Shown in pieces: positions 13,250-27,220 of a DNA stretch of 64,000 bases. The stretch covers positions 63,364,001 to 63,428,000 of the forward strand of contig OX597820.1 in the NCBI GenBank assembly GCA_951406725.2, given 5' to 3'. The notes under the pieces were generated by a model. The model made no database searches. It saw only the letters and a list, made by a program, of their open reading frames with translations, and was not told the DNA's origin. Position 1 is the stretch's first letter, and each line of letters starts with the position of its first letter. The stretch is from Octopus vulgaris. Lineage: Eukaryota. Made by a program: the position numbers and the translations under genes.

Positions 13250-15378
13250 GAAGGAGGGCGTGACGGAACCAATCAGAACTAAAAAGAAGATCCGTTCAAA
13301 CAAGAGCAAATGAAAATTTCCCTTGTCTCTCACATCAACAAATTAAGACCACAACGGTGGATCAAGCAGAGTAAGTTGGATCTCCGAACCCAACAGTTGA
13401 TCCTAGCGGAAGAGAGCAATTCCAGACGGACTTGCCAGAAAGGTGCAACTCTAATGTCATTGGCGCTAGCGGCATTGTGTGGCAGCCTGCCTTCCGGACC
13501 TCGCATGTAACTCGAGGCAGTGCCGCGGCAGAAACATTTCAGAAGATAGTGCATGGGGAATTCCTTTGCAAGATCTCGACCCTAAACAAACTCCCGCCAT
13601 TGGCTGGTTTGTTTTTGATCTACCCCCTATTTTAATAAAATCCCATCGGTGATGGGATAAGGAAGGTGGGAGCAGGTTTTGGTGAAACTAGAAGCTTCTA
13701 ATCCGGGCCTTCGCGTTGCCGGTAGATGCAAGATGATCGCTTTCCTGGGGCCTGGTGACAACCTGAGGACACACTCCTACATCTGCGACTGGGAAGTCCT
13801 ATTTGGGAAGACGCTGCTCACCATGAATGGGGAAGGTCCTAGAAAAAATGGGCTAAATATCTGATATCACCACAGAATTTTGGCTGGTAAGCCACGTCCA
13901 GCAGGACACCTATCCAAGCGGTCGAATAACAACAGAAGCTAAATTAAATAAACGCTCCTTGATCCTCAAGGCACAGAGAGACCAGAACGTAGAACAGCTT
14001 CTGTCTCCAAATAACTAGCGAGATTTAACATCGATATAGCTGTCCTCAATGAAACACTTCTATCCGGGGAAGAAAAGCCGAAAAAGATAGTTTCGGGTTA
14101 TATACCTTCTTCTGAAAAGGGAAAGAAGCAGGAGAGGGAAAAGTTCACGGAGTCGTTTTTGCAGTAAAATCCAAGCTTGTGAAGGAACACAATTTGAAAC
14201 ATTCTGCCAGCAATGAACGGGTTATGACTCTCCGAATACCGATCTCTGCCACCACCTTTATGACACTGATATTTGCTTATGTACCTACACTTGATGGCGA
14301 TGATAACGGGAAAACACCTTCTATCAACAGCCGAGTGAGCTGATACTCAATGAATCACCAAATGAAAAGATCTTTCTCCCTCAGGATTTCAATTCAAGAG
14401 TCGGGACGGACAACATACTACGGGAGAATGCTATTAACAAAGGAGGAGTCGGAAATTGCATTGAAAATGGATCCTTGCTCCTTGTGCTGTGTGCTGAACA
14501 CGCTCCCTTCATCATCAACACCTAATTTCAACTCACAAATCGCTTAAAGACCACCTGGAAGTAACCCAGATCTAAACACTGGCCTCCTCCTGGACTGGAG
14601 AAAGTTAACCACTTTTCATACTTAGGAAGTTTGCTTTCCGATAAATGTGCATCGGAAAAGGATTTGGTGAGCCGATTAAGAACGGCTCGTACCGCGTTTG
14701 GTGGACTTGAGAAAAGGGTTTTTAAGAACAAAGATCTGAAACACAAAACAAAATTATGTGTCTACCGAGTAGTCGTGATCTCCACTATCCTCTACGATTG
14801 TGAAATCTCGACTCTTTGCTGAGGTGACGTCCATAAACTAGAGCGATTTCACCAACGGAAGCTCCGCTCTGTTATGAATGCTAAATGGGACGACCATGTG
14901 ACCGATGTCTCCGTTTTGGAGAGAACGAAAAGCAGCAACAACGAGTCCACCATCCTGAAACATCGACTGAGATAGACTGGCCACGTAGCAAGAATGAAAG
15001 AAACCAGGCTGCCGGGTCAAATTTTATATGGTGAGTCTTCCACTAGAAGCCAGCCCCGCCTTCGATATAAGGATCAGCTGAAGCAGAGTCTAAAACTGAT
15101 TGGAATCGATCTAAAAGCCTGGGACATTGAAGCTCAAGACAGGGCCTGCTCGTATCTTTCCATCTCCAGTGTGACAGATTATTTTGAAGCTGAACGACAG
15201 AAGAAAGACGAAGAGAAATAAGAAAGAAAAGGGAGGCTGCATCCACCAAAGTCTCCTCCAGAGATCCCTTGTGAACTTTGCAATAGAACCTTCCATACAA
15301 GAATCAGACTCATTAGTCATCAGAGGCGCAAACACGGTCAGAGGAGAAGAAATGGTCAAGAAGAAACCAAATAGATAA
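13250..15378 (+). mobile_element. RTE-clade LINE, internally deleted, pseudogenised
   Basis: GC-richer 5'UTR; APE remnants RPERRTA..LARFNIDIAVLNET, VHGVVFAVKS, NERVMTLRIP, AYVPT. A jump near 14585 leads to the post-RT region LEKVNHFSYLGS...RTAFGGLEKRVFKNKDLKHKTKLCVYRVVVISTILYDCE, GHVARMKETRLPGQILYGE and a C-terminal CxxC...SHQR zinc-finger remnant. Left boundary approximate. Confidence 0.88.
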
Positions 15379-15412
15379 TCAGACACACAATATAAAACGC
15401 CGCCGCCGACAC

Positions 15413-15485
<73 letters not shown>

Positions 15486-15654
15486 TGCGTATGTCTGCGC
15501 GTGTATATGTGTGTGTGTGTGTGCATCTTTATGTGTATTTCGATATATGCAAATCTACCCACACATACGCATTATGCACATATGATTCATATATTTATAC
15601 ATAAAATATGTGTAGATATGTATATCCTCTGTGTACGTCTCTATGTGTATGTGT

Positions 15655-15790
15655 TTGTGTGTGCTTGTGTGTACTTGAGTATGCTTGTGTGTGTGTGTGT
15701 GTGTGTGTGTGCTTGAGTATGCTTGTGTGTGTGTGTGTGTGTACTTGAGTATGCTTGTGTGTGTGTGTGTGTGGTTTGTGTGTGTGAGAG
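15655..15790. repeat. Compound (GT)n repeat with a triplicated cttgagtatgcttgtgt unit
   Basis: The unit occurs three times, separated by (GT)n. Confidence 0.8.
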
Positions 15791-16339
15791 TGAGCGAACG
15801 ATAGACAGACGAAGAGAGTGAATGAAAAATTCCATACGCTCTTGGGAGAGAATGTGTTTTATTTGTCTTTGAATAAGGGATTGTGAGCAAAGAGTGACTG
15901 TGTGTGAGTGTGTATGTGTATGTGTCTTCCCCTATGAGTATCGAAGATTTGTAAACGTATTCTCCATAGCCGCATTTTATATATCATTTTAGCAAAAATC
16001 CCACACGTCTATTCTGAGTAAATACTACAGACCACCTGAGATATCACCTATGTTGAGAATATTACCTATGTTGCAACTTTTCATGGTTTCTTTATAAACA
16101 TCCTAAACTAAGCCTAGATCTGACGTGTCTGGGCACAAACACATGCAAATGCACACATATGACTTAATGTCTAGATAAAGAAATTGTTTATGCATACGGC
16201 TCCTCTGTCTGCCTTCATCAGTGCTTGGAATTATACGTAAAATCAAAATTATTCTGAAGCATGCTTAAACATATATAAGCTACTGTTCTTCGAATACCTA
16301 CATAAAAGAAAAAAATCATATATAAGAATATATATTCTG

Positions 16340-16590
16340 TTATTCTTTTATAACTGCTGGTGCAGTGCTTCTTAGTCGGTGAAATTGACCCCTGGACTTA
16401 TTCTAAACCTGGTACTTATTCTACAAGTGTCTTCTGCAGAACCACTAAGTTACAGCGACCTAAACACGCCAACACCGGTCGTGAAGCGATGGCAGTGGTG
16501 GTGGTGATGATGCGGGACAAATACAGACGCACAAACATAGACATACGTATACAAATATACGACGGGCTTCTTTCAATTTCCGTTTCAATA
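16340..16590 (-). mobile_element. SINE family A, partial
   Basis: Reverse complement of the 3' half plus gacgggcttctttc. Confidence 0.7.
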
Positions 16591-16610
16591 TATACATACA
16601 TATATAGGTA

Positions 16611-16670
<60 letters not shown>

Positions 16671-16776
16671 ATATGTGTGTATATTATTTTATTTGTTTCA
16701 AACACGGACGCACAAATATGTCTATGGGTGTGTCGTACCGAAGAGACGCCCATAGTATATATACATACATACATAA

Positions 16777-16809
<33 letters not shown>

Positions 16810-16869
16810 CATATATATATTTAGCACCACATTTAGTCGAATTACTCTTTGTTTTTTTATACTTTGTTA

Positions 16870-17290
16870 GACTAGTACTTATTCTACCGTATTCTTTTGC
16901 CGGAGCGCTAAATTATGGGGACGTAAGCACACACCATCAGTTCGCAAGCGATGATGGGTAGATAAATATAGTCACACAAGCATATATGTATATATGTAGG
17001 TATATATATATATGTATGTATATATATATATATATGTATATATATGTATATGTATACATATATATATATATGCGTGTGTGTTTGTGTGTCTGTGTTTGTC
17101 CCCTAGCATTGCTTGACAACCGATGCTGGTGTGTTTATGTCCCCGTCACTTAGCGGTTCGGCAGAAGAGACCGATGGAATAAGTACTGGGCTTACAAAAG
17201 AATAAGTCCCGGGGTCGAGTTGCTTGATTAAAGGCGGTGCTCCGGCATGGCCGCAGTCAAATGACTGAAACAAAAGAGTAAAAGAGTAAA
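16870..17290. mobile_element. Two inverted SINE A 3' halves around a (TA)/(TG) tract
   Basis: Minus copy at ~16870-16985 and plus copy at ~17085-17290 with an (aaagagta)n tail. Confidence 0.7.
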
Positions 17291-17385
17291 TACATACATA
17301 GAGAGATAGATAAATAGATAGAAATACACACAAGTGTGTGCGTGTATTTATATATGTACTTATGTATGTACATTTATTATATATC

Positions 17386-17437
<52 letters not shown>

Positions 17438-17501
17438 GAGAGATACACACACACATATATATATATATATATGAATTTGTGTGTGTATATATATATGAGA
17501 G

Positions 17502-17579
<78 letters not shown>

Positions 17580-18339
17580 TCGCATATGAGCTTTCACAGA
17601 AGGTGCCTGTATATGTACGTGTGCGCCTCAGCCCTGATCGTGTGTGCGTATACGTGTATTTCTTGTAGTTCCCTTCGCCGAAATGGTATTATTCTGTTAA
17701 TGCCATTTATTTGTTTTGGCATGAAAGTAGAAATACAAAACCACAATTTGTTTACATTTTTTAGTTTGTTTTTATATTTTATGATATTATTATTTTTATT
17801 TTTATCTTCCAATTTTATTATCATTATTTGCATTAATGCTCCTCTCTACGCTTGTTGATATTACTAGCATTATCCATGTTATTATAGTTGTTGCTGTTGC
17901 TGGAGTGTTTTGCAGTATGTTAGGTGTGACATAGCCGTATGAATGCAATAAGTATTCTCTGCTATTCCAGACCGTTCTGATGTGTTAGTCAATTGTTTTG
18001 GATGTCTTTACACAACAGTGCAATTCACTGGAATTGAAAGAATAACAACAGGAACAGCAACGCTATCAAACATACTAGGAACAACGAAGGGAAAATCTGA
18101 GGATGCGGGAGAAAAGCTTTTGATTACAAAGCATATAATCCTCATTGTCGATATTATGCACGTACGCATGCGCATACTTAAAAAAAGAGAGAAACACACA
18201 TACATACACACACACGTACAAACATACTCTGTCTGAATCATTCAACAACACGCAGATTCATGTGACTTTTAGTATTTTGCAGTTACATAGAAACGTAAAT
18301 GCATATTATATATACATGTGTGTGTGTGTGCGCGCGCGC

Positions 18340-18394
<55 letters not shown>

Positions 18395-18396
18395 TT

Positions 18397-18597
18397 GATA
18401 GATAGATAGATAGATAGATACATACATACATACATACATACATACATACATACATACATACATACATACAGAGATAGTTAGTTAGGAAGGAAGATCGATC
18501 GATAAGTAGATAGATAGATAGGTAGGTAGGTAGCTAGATAGATAGATAGATAGATAGACAGATAGATAGATAGATAGACAGGTAGATTGATAAATAC

Positions 18598-18651
<54 letters not shown>

Positions 18652-18748
18652 GGATAGATGGATAAATAAATATATAGATAGATAAATAAATAGACAGACA
18701 GACAGGTAGATATATAGATAGATAGATAGACAGATAGATAGATAGATA
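18397..18748. repeat. (TAGA)n/(TACA)n microsatellite
   Basis: Tetranucleotide tracts; (TAGA)n resumes at 19446-19585. Confidence 0.9.
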
Positions 18749-18749
18749 T

Positions 18750-19445
18750 GTTTCTTTATTAGCCACACAGGGCTGCACACAGATAGAACAAATTACAAGG
18801 TAGAGCTTTTCTTTTGAAGGTTTAAAAAAAAAAATAATAATAATAATAAAATAAAAAATAAAATAAAATAAAAAAGGGGGGTCGATCAAAAGGGATCGTA
18901 AAAGGAGAGAAAGAGGACAAAAAAAGGGGGGTTAAAAAAAAAGGGGGAGGAAAAAAAATTGATCAATAGGGATCGTTATCACAGAAATGTCAATATGAAG
19001 TGTAAAGGGGAGAACAGGTGAGGTTTACCCGTGGAAAGAAAAGCCTACGGAAAAGACCACGGTAACCTCGGTCAATGAAGTCACATGTTATATTTCTTTT
19101 TTTTTTTTTTTGCAAATAAGCAAATCTCTGTATTAATTTTTACGGTTCATAGAATCATAGTCAAGGTGGCTTCGTCATTCATACGTGCCATCCTTGCTAC
19201 ATTCACCCATCTTTTTAAAACATTCACTAGACAAAACTTGCCTCTCTACTCTCACTTTTTTCTTCAAGTGATACTTGAAGAAGTTGATGAGAGATTGACC
19301 AGAGAGGAAAGTGTTTGTCTCTAATCCTTTCAGACGCGTCCACCAGATACATTCTTTCGCCATAGCCACAAGTATGATAAAAATAGCTCTTCCTTCCCGT
19401 TTGAAGGAAGGAGGCGTGACGATATTAACGATAGACTCGGCGGAT
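18750..19445 (-). mobile_element. 5'-truncated L1/Tx1-clade LINE 3' end inserted in (TAGA)n
   Basis: Minus-strand reading frame IFIILVAMAKECIWWTRLKG...FFKYHLKKKVRVER (AKxxIWxxR, typical of the Tx1/L1 ORF2 C-terminus), then a pyrimidine-rich 3'UTR ending gccctgtgtggctAATAAAgaaac. Confidence 0.7.
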
Positions 19446-19499
<54 letters not shown>

Positions 19500-19518
19500 T
19501 GATAAATAGATAGATAGG

Positions 19519-19586
<68 letters not shown>

Positions 19587-20108
19587 AATCAATTACCTAA
19601 TATCGTGCATGCAATACATATGTATGTATATATATATTGCGTGTTTGTATTCGTTTATATATGTGTATGAGTATACATCGATGCATGAATTGTGAGATAT
19701 TAAATGCGTTCATACTTATCCCTGTTTATATGTGTAAGTTCGTGTCAACATGCATGGAAATTAGGTTTTATATTTAGAAATTTTAATCAGTGGAGGAACC
19801 CATCTCCAACATTCTACACAGGTACTTAGAAGTTAAATAATATAAAATTTAACTTTATTAATAGTTCACGAAGCTATATTATTTATTAACAGATTCCGCT
19901 GATTCGTCACGCGCATACATATATCTGTATAAACCAATGTGAGTACGTACGTGCATATAATAAAAACGAGGTGTCTCATGACATCATTATTAGAGGGAGA
20001 AATAATATTTGTGATGCATTCTATTCTGCCACTCATTTCCACATCAACGTAAGCATGTACATCATACATTCATACACGCACAGAAACACTTATAACATTC
20101 ATGTATTC

Positions 20109-20520
<412 letters not shown>

Positions 20521-20566
20521 GTATGTACCTTTCTATATACATATACATACATATATACATACCTAT

Positions 20567-20654
<88 letters not shown>

Positions 20655-20679
20655 ATGCATATGTATACATATATACACA

Positions 20680-20945
20680 CAGGTATACTTAGTGTAATGA
20701 TGATAACACCATCCAGCTCCGAACAGCAGACGAAAGGCTCGTGGAGCCTAGAGTGTAGCATTTCACCCCCAGCCGTCCAAGTCATAGTTGGGATACTGTC
20801 AATTCCCGCTGTCTTTCCACCTTTCATTTGCTGTTGGCTGAAGTTGTCTCTGCGAGGGAATGAACTTCACTTCAAGGTTTGTTGCGGGATACGCAGCAAC
20901 ATTGAGTCTTCGACACAATGTCTGTATGCGTGTACCTTTGTGTAC
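20680..20945 (-). mobile_element. RTE LINE fragment (start of RT domain)
   Basis: [31 protein letters not shown]...DGVIIITL matches the RTE KAxGxDGIP...IITLYK region. Confidence 0.7.
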
Positions 20946-23382
20946 GAATAAGTGATGGGTTTACAGAGTCTACATGTATGAAATTTATTTATACCTTATT
21001 AGTTATTTCTAGACTACTGCACAAAACAGTGATGTTGAATCCAGATTGTTGTTGTTGTGCAGCCAACCTTTTAACAATCCAGCAAATATTACTTTTATGA
21101 TCGGGTAGCTTTGTGTAAAAACTATCAGCTTCAACAAATAACATTTCCTTTATACTGGAACTAGACAACAGAATATCCCCTATCTTCTCCCTCAGACTGT
21201 TAAAAATTGCAGTGATGTCGTCCTAACAGCATCTTTTGCCTTCTCTACTTGAGTCACATTAGATAATGTAATTCTAGATAATCTAATATATAAGGTGGTC
21301 CCAATGCAACACCTTAAGTAATTGATCTGCTCAAAAGGTAGACGGGTTCGACGATCATCCATCAAATCAAAAGTAGTACCGCAAAATTTTATTTCTAAAT
21401 TCACCATCTCAATACAATATTGATTTCAAATTTGGGCTCAAGACCAGCAATTATCGAGGAGGAGAGGGACTAAATTGATTACATCGATCCAAGTGCTCAA
21501 CTAGTCCTTATTAGGATGAGGGTCAAGGTCGATCTCGGCAACATTTAAACTGAGGACGTAAATACGGATGAAATTCCTCTTCCATTTTCTCTGATGTGTT
21601 ATTAGAATCAGAAAGCAAAATATGAGGGTGCAAAATACACTCATGTGTTTAGCTAAGTCTATTTTTAATCTCTGGTCAAATGCTGTTGATGTCAAGCCAG
21701 CAATTTGTCATTCTGGGATAATATAGTAACAGTGGAGAACTTGGCTTTTCTCCATTGACCATATCCACGCCCAGTTTATGAAGTGTTGTGCTTTATGTGG
21801 TTTATTCGACGGTTGATGGAATAACTGCACCCCACCCAATCAATATTTCCCATAAATCAATATTTATGGGACGGGAACACGATGAGAGGCGGAAGTAGTG
21901 AAACACCAGAAATAATACCTAGTGTAATTTATTTGCTCCTGGTTCCGTTAATACTCTACCAAGATCGACAATATTTTAAAACTATTCCCGTGATCGTTCA
22001 AGGTTTAGCTTAAGTACCTCAGTTGGGTTAATTAATTTGAACACTTCTGCAATAAATGTTAACGGTGCCATTGTAATCATTCAATATCTACAAGAGGAAA
22101 TAATGATTGATGATAGAATCAGAAGTAAACCTGGCGGAATTTTGTTATATCAATTTTCCATCTAATTGCAATTCCTGCTGACGTCGACTTTGCCTTATAA
22201 TATCCCACCGGGGTCCATACAATAAACATAATTCAAATACTGGAATCAATAATTTATCACAACTGAATACTTCCTTGAATATTTCTCCCCAACTTTGTCG
22301 ATGTAATTAAATCAATATTGATTTTAAATATCATACATGTAGAGGCCTCACAATTAACAGGCCTTTGGGTTCAATTTCGATATACAGCAGCAAAGTAACA
22401 TGACCAAAGGCCTTCTATCATAGTCTCGGGTTGGTCAGAGCCCTGTAAGTGGAATTTGTAGACAGAAGGGCTCGGTGGATTCGGTGTGACACTTTCAGTT
22501 CTAGATTCGTAGACTTATTCTGTTGTCTGTGTTAATACTCAGCTTATCCCAAGTCTAACTTTATCAGATCATACTACTTACAGAACTCGGAGCAACATTC
22601 CACTCTGTAGATACAATACCTTCCTCTCCCTACCTATGCCCAGCATCCTATAAACGATTATGAACTTTAATCTTGCTGTGACCAAAACGAAGCAAATATA
22701 TTCCTGAGGTTTGATGCATCATTTCTTTCCTTTTGCTGTATAGACAAATTGGGTGTCAGACGATCCGAAAACAGAGGCCATTAAAAGAGGCCCAACATTT
22801 AACAAAGACTAGTTGAATGTCCCTCAAATCCCGAGTGTACTTCCCGAAGAAGAGTACAATACATTGGATAATGCATACCCATGTATCCTGAAGAGACAAG
22901 ACACTTCGACATAACGACGTTGACTATCAAACTTCTTAATCACAATTCACACGGGTTAGATAATGACGACAATAACGTCTACGGTCACAACTGAAACAAG
23001 AAGACTTGGCATAGTCAAGCGTCATATTAAAAATAGCCACCAATTCTCTCTTAAACTGTCTTATTGTCTGTAGACGTGGCTGTCAGTGCTATGCTTTCAC
23101 ATCAAACCATCTCGATCTGAGGTAACTTAGGACTAAACAGCAATAGGGGTAAACTATAAGGAATGAACTAAGACCGATTCAACCATCACCACCACCAATA
23201 TTTGGATGAAAATTCCTGGCCTTTAGCACAAATCATCAATTGATATTTCTGTAAAAAGAACAAATTATCACGATTTGCAATTCCTCATAAATGAAACGTT
23301 TTATGTTGACGGCAGCAAGCCAATACATTTTTTAAATCAAAATTTACATTTGATATATTTGTTATTGATTTCAAATATAACA

Positions 23383-23595
23383 CTTTTACTCTTTTACTCT
23401 TTTACTTATTTCAATCATTTGACTGCGGCCATGCTAGAGCACCGCCTTTAGTCGAGCAAATCAACACCAGGACTTATTCTTTTTAAGCCTGGTAATTATT
23501 CTATCGGTCTATTTTGCTGTCTAAGTTACGGTGACGTAAACACACCAACATCGGTTGTTAAGCGACGTTGGGGGGAAAACACACACACAGACATG

Positions 23596-23648
<53 letters not shown>

Positions 23649-23807
23649 GCATATATACGATAGACTTCTTTCAGTTTCCGTCTACCAAATCCACTTACAA
23701 GGCTTTGGTCGGCCCGAGGATATAGTAGAGTGCCACGCAGTGGGACTGAACCCAGAACCTTGTGGTTGGTAAGCAAGCTACTTACCAGACAGCAACTACT
23801 GCGCCTA
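23383..23807 (-). mobile_element. SINE family A, near full length
   Basis: (cttttact)n tail, 3' half, internal (CA)n and reverse-complement head. Confidence 0.85.
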
Positions 23808-23819
23808 CAACAGATATTT

Positions 23820-23891
23820 AGGTTCTACTGAGACATGAACTCGGATCGGGGGATTCAGAGTCCAGAGTGCTAACCATTACACCATAGAACC
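23820..23891 (-). pseudogene. tRNA-Gln(CTG) pseudogene or degenerate tRNA gene
   Basis: Reverse complement ggttctatggtgtaatggttagcactctggactCTGaatcccccgatccgagttcatgtctcagtagaacct is 72 nt and very close to metazoan tRNA-Gln-CTG. Acceptor and D arms are intact; there are two anticodon-stem mismatches, one T-stem mismatch and an altered T loop. Confidence 0.85.
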
Positions 23892-24309
23892 AGTGCAACC
23901 TTGCAGATGTAAGTGCAAGATAACAAATTTCTAGGGAGCGTTGAGCCGATGACGTCGACTTCAGTAACGGATTCGTACTTTATGTTATTACCCTAGAAAG
24001 AATGAAAAGAAAAACTGACTTTGTCAGATTTTGAACTCAGTACATAAGAGTCGGAGAAGTACCGCAAGGCATTTAGTCCGATGGATCTACGAATCTACAT
24101 ATCAACCAACCTTATATGTGTGATACTGTTCATTATTATGATTATATTTTCTTTTCTTGCTAGTAAGAAATTTTGGTTGACCAATGGTTCGTATTTGTTA
24201 TTCGTCACAACCAATTTCGTTATAACGGATTATGTTTGGCGTTGTTTCGGAAGAACTGCGGCTGGGATTGAAAAATTGAAAAGAAAAAAAGCATATTAAC
24301 AATATTGAA

Positions 24310-24675
24310 AAGTTTAGCTATTTGGTATCGCTTTGCAACAAGGTGATTTCAGTTTCAATCTCACTGCGCGGCACTTTGGACAAGTGCCTTGTACTGGATT
24401 CAGGAGCCGACCAATGCGTTGTAAATAAGTGAGTTTGCTGTAAGCTAATTGTGTGTGTGTGTGTGAAACTCCTTGTGTCTGTGTTTGTCCATCATGGAAA
24501 GTTGTACTAGTTCCTTTTGCTCAGCGTCATTTAGCGGTTCTGCAAAAAGAGACCAAAGCGACTCATAGAATAAGTGACATGCTTGAAACGAAAAGAAGTT
24601 CTGGGGTTGATTACTTCGACTAAAACCCTTCAAGATGTTAGTCCAGCATGACCGAAGTTCAATGTGTAAAACAAT
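24310..24675 (+). mobile_element. Degenerate SINE family A
   Basis: cactgcgcggcactttggacaagtgcc ... gcggttctgcaaaaagagacc ... ccagcatgacc. Confidence 0.65.
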
Positions 24676-26186
24676 TAAAATATATAATATATAACGTTAG
24701 TTTCCAACCATATAATTTGTGATGTTAATATAAGCCTCTTTACGTCTTCAGTTGAAATCCTCTCAACATTCACTTTGCCTTTCGTCTTTCGTAAGAGTCT
24801 TTGAAATATATAAAGAGTAAGGTATCTGCTCGATATAATCGGGTATAACCCTCTTTCTGAAGACATTATAACTGTGTTAGAGAGTGTTATTTATTGCAAT
24901 TACTGTATTATTATTTGCTATTGTTATTAATGATATTTCCATTATGCACACATATACATTGAAGCAAATAAGCGTTAGTTTTGTGCTTCGTATTTTTGTT
25001 CTGTAGCATCTGTCCTTGTGGCGTATGAAAGGAATCCTTATTAAATATTGAAAACATTCATCTTGTATTGTTTTGCTCTGTTTTCTGTTTCTCCTACCAC
25101 ATCGCTTTCTCTATCTCTATTTTAGAGTTTCTCTTTCTTTTGCTTTCTCATTCCATTTTCATGGACGTAGGTGCTCGAAATTTTCATTGTTGTTTTAATC
25201 GCCATTGTAATTGTTATCGTCGTAAATTAAGTCAATGGTATAATATTGCTAATAACAGCTCACTGCACATGCCCCACTCATACCGGAAGTGCTTGATTCA
25301 GTAATATTTTGCGGTATAGGAGACAAAGAAAAACAAAACAAAATCGGTGGGACATTGTGGAAATGAATGTAACGGCAGTTGTGATAATATTGCTCAAAGT
25401 ATTGGTGGCTGTGATAAATAAATTAATAGAAGCAGATGTATTGTTCGTTGAAGTGGTGATGATGATGGTTATGGTGTTGGTGACGGCGGTGGTAATAGTA
25501 ATACGGTAATCTGAAAGGGGTGAAATAAGGTCACAAATTCTTAAATTCAAAACCCAGAATTACTTATAGAGAAGACGTGACTGGATGTGGTACTTCTAGT
25601 AAATTAAAATTAGGAATACAATAGAAAAAAATAATAAACGCTGAATATTTGACACAGACAAACAATATAACAGGAAGTTGACATAAAGCGAAATGGCGGC
25701 AAGTTAACACAAACTTGAACGACACTAATGTGAAACGGCGACATATTTAATTACGGCATATGTAGAGCATAACACATATACGCAAATGTAACTACTAGAG
25801 TGTGAGTTTAATGCTGATGGAGCTTCCGTGCATTTGACTACTCAACCGTTTGCCCTTGTATTTATGAAGGCTTAGAATTATGTGCATACATTTGTACATT
25901 AATATTTGTATTTATGTGTATGAGCATGTCTGCTTGCATGTGTGTGCATGTATGTGGAAATATATAAAGTCGTATATATGCTTACAAGCAGAGGCGTATT
26001 TGCGCTTTTGATTATATGGGGGTCTTCGTGAGTAAAGAATGTATGAATGTAAGTCTGTGATTAAATGCTATTGGATTACTGGTGTGTATACTTTTGATAA
26101 CCAAATTGTGTGTGGGCGCGCGCAAGTGTGTAGAAGGGGTGTATATAGAAACACGTGCACATATGTATGCACATATATGTCTAGAA

Positions 26187-26222
<36 letters not shown>

Positions 26223-26223
26223 T

Positions 26224-26288
<65 letters not shown>

Positions 26289-26468
26289 ATAAAGTATATA
26301 CGGTATACACACACAAATATATTAGGAAGCTAAAAGTTACGACCGATCATAGAGTGACCATTGGTCTCGCACCTATAAAGCACTGACCAGTAGAGACGAC
26401 TCGTCATATACATACATATACATGTGTATATTATATATATATATATATATATATATGTTACTTAACAA

Positions 26469-26516
<48 letters not shown>

Positions 26517-26849
26517 CTTAGATTACTTAGATAACTTAGATAAGTTTCAGCCGAAGTTGAATCAGGTCATGTCTAATGTAATAGCACCCCCTAGAAGAGA
26601 TACACAGTCAGTTCTTGGGTGCCATACCCCATTCGAGCAGAGAGTTATTACTTTTAGAGTCATATCCGGGTGAGGGTGGCTTGTCTGGTATTTGTTGGAG
26701 ATAATCATCTAGAGAGCGTTTGAATGCTGTGAAATCACTTTAATCCTTTATGTGGACTGGCACGATGTATATATGAAGTATAATGAAAGGAAAAAAAAAC
26801 GTAGGTGTATACGATATTTAATTCATAATCCAGGTTGGTATAGATATAT

Positions 26850-26951
26850 ATATAAATTCTACAATTTTTTTCGGAGTCTCATTGATTCCAAAGACAAAAA
26901 CGAAAAACACTTCTTGAAATAAAAATTTGATTGTTCGTCAGGAACATATAT
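26850..26951 (-). ncRNA. Degenerate type I hammerhead motif
   Basis: Minus strand atatatgttc-CTGACGA-...-GAAAaaaattGTA-gaatttatat. Stem I pairs 9 of 10; stems II and III are decayed. Confidence 0.4.
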
Positions 26952-27078
26952 CTTGATCAGTAACATGCTGCTTATTGTTGCACCCCATGCTTTAAAACCA
27001 GCTCTAGTGGTTCATACCTATCATGAATAGTGCGCCACACATCACCAGTAATATTTCCTTATTCCTTCTGTATACGGT

Positions 27079-27220
<142 letters not shown>

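Noticed and set aside
26340-26406. Minus-strand tgacgag...gcgagaccaatggtc, hammerhead-like and TA-flanked
   Set aside because: GAGA instead of GAAA, missing C3, and no stem I; too degenerate to call.
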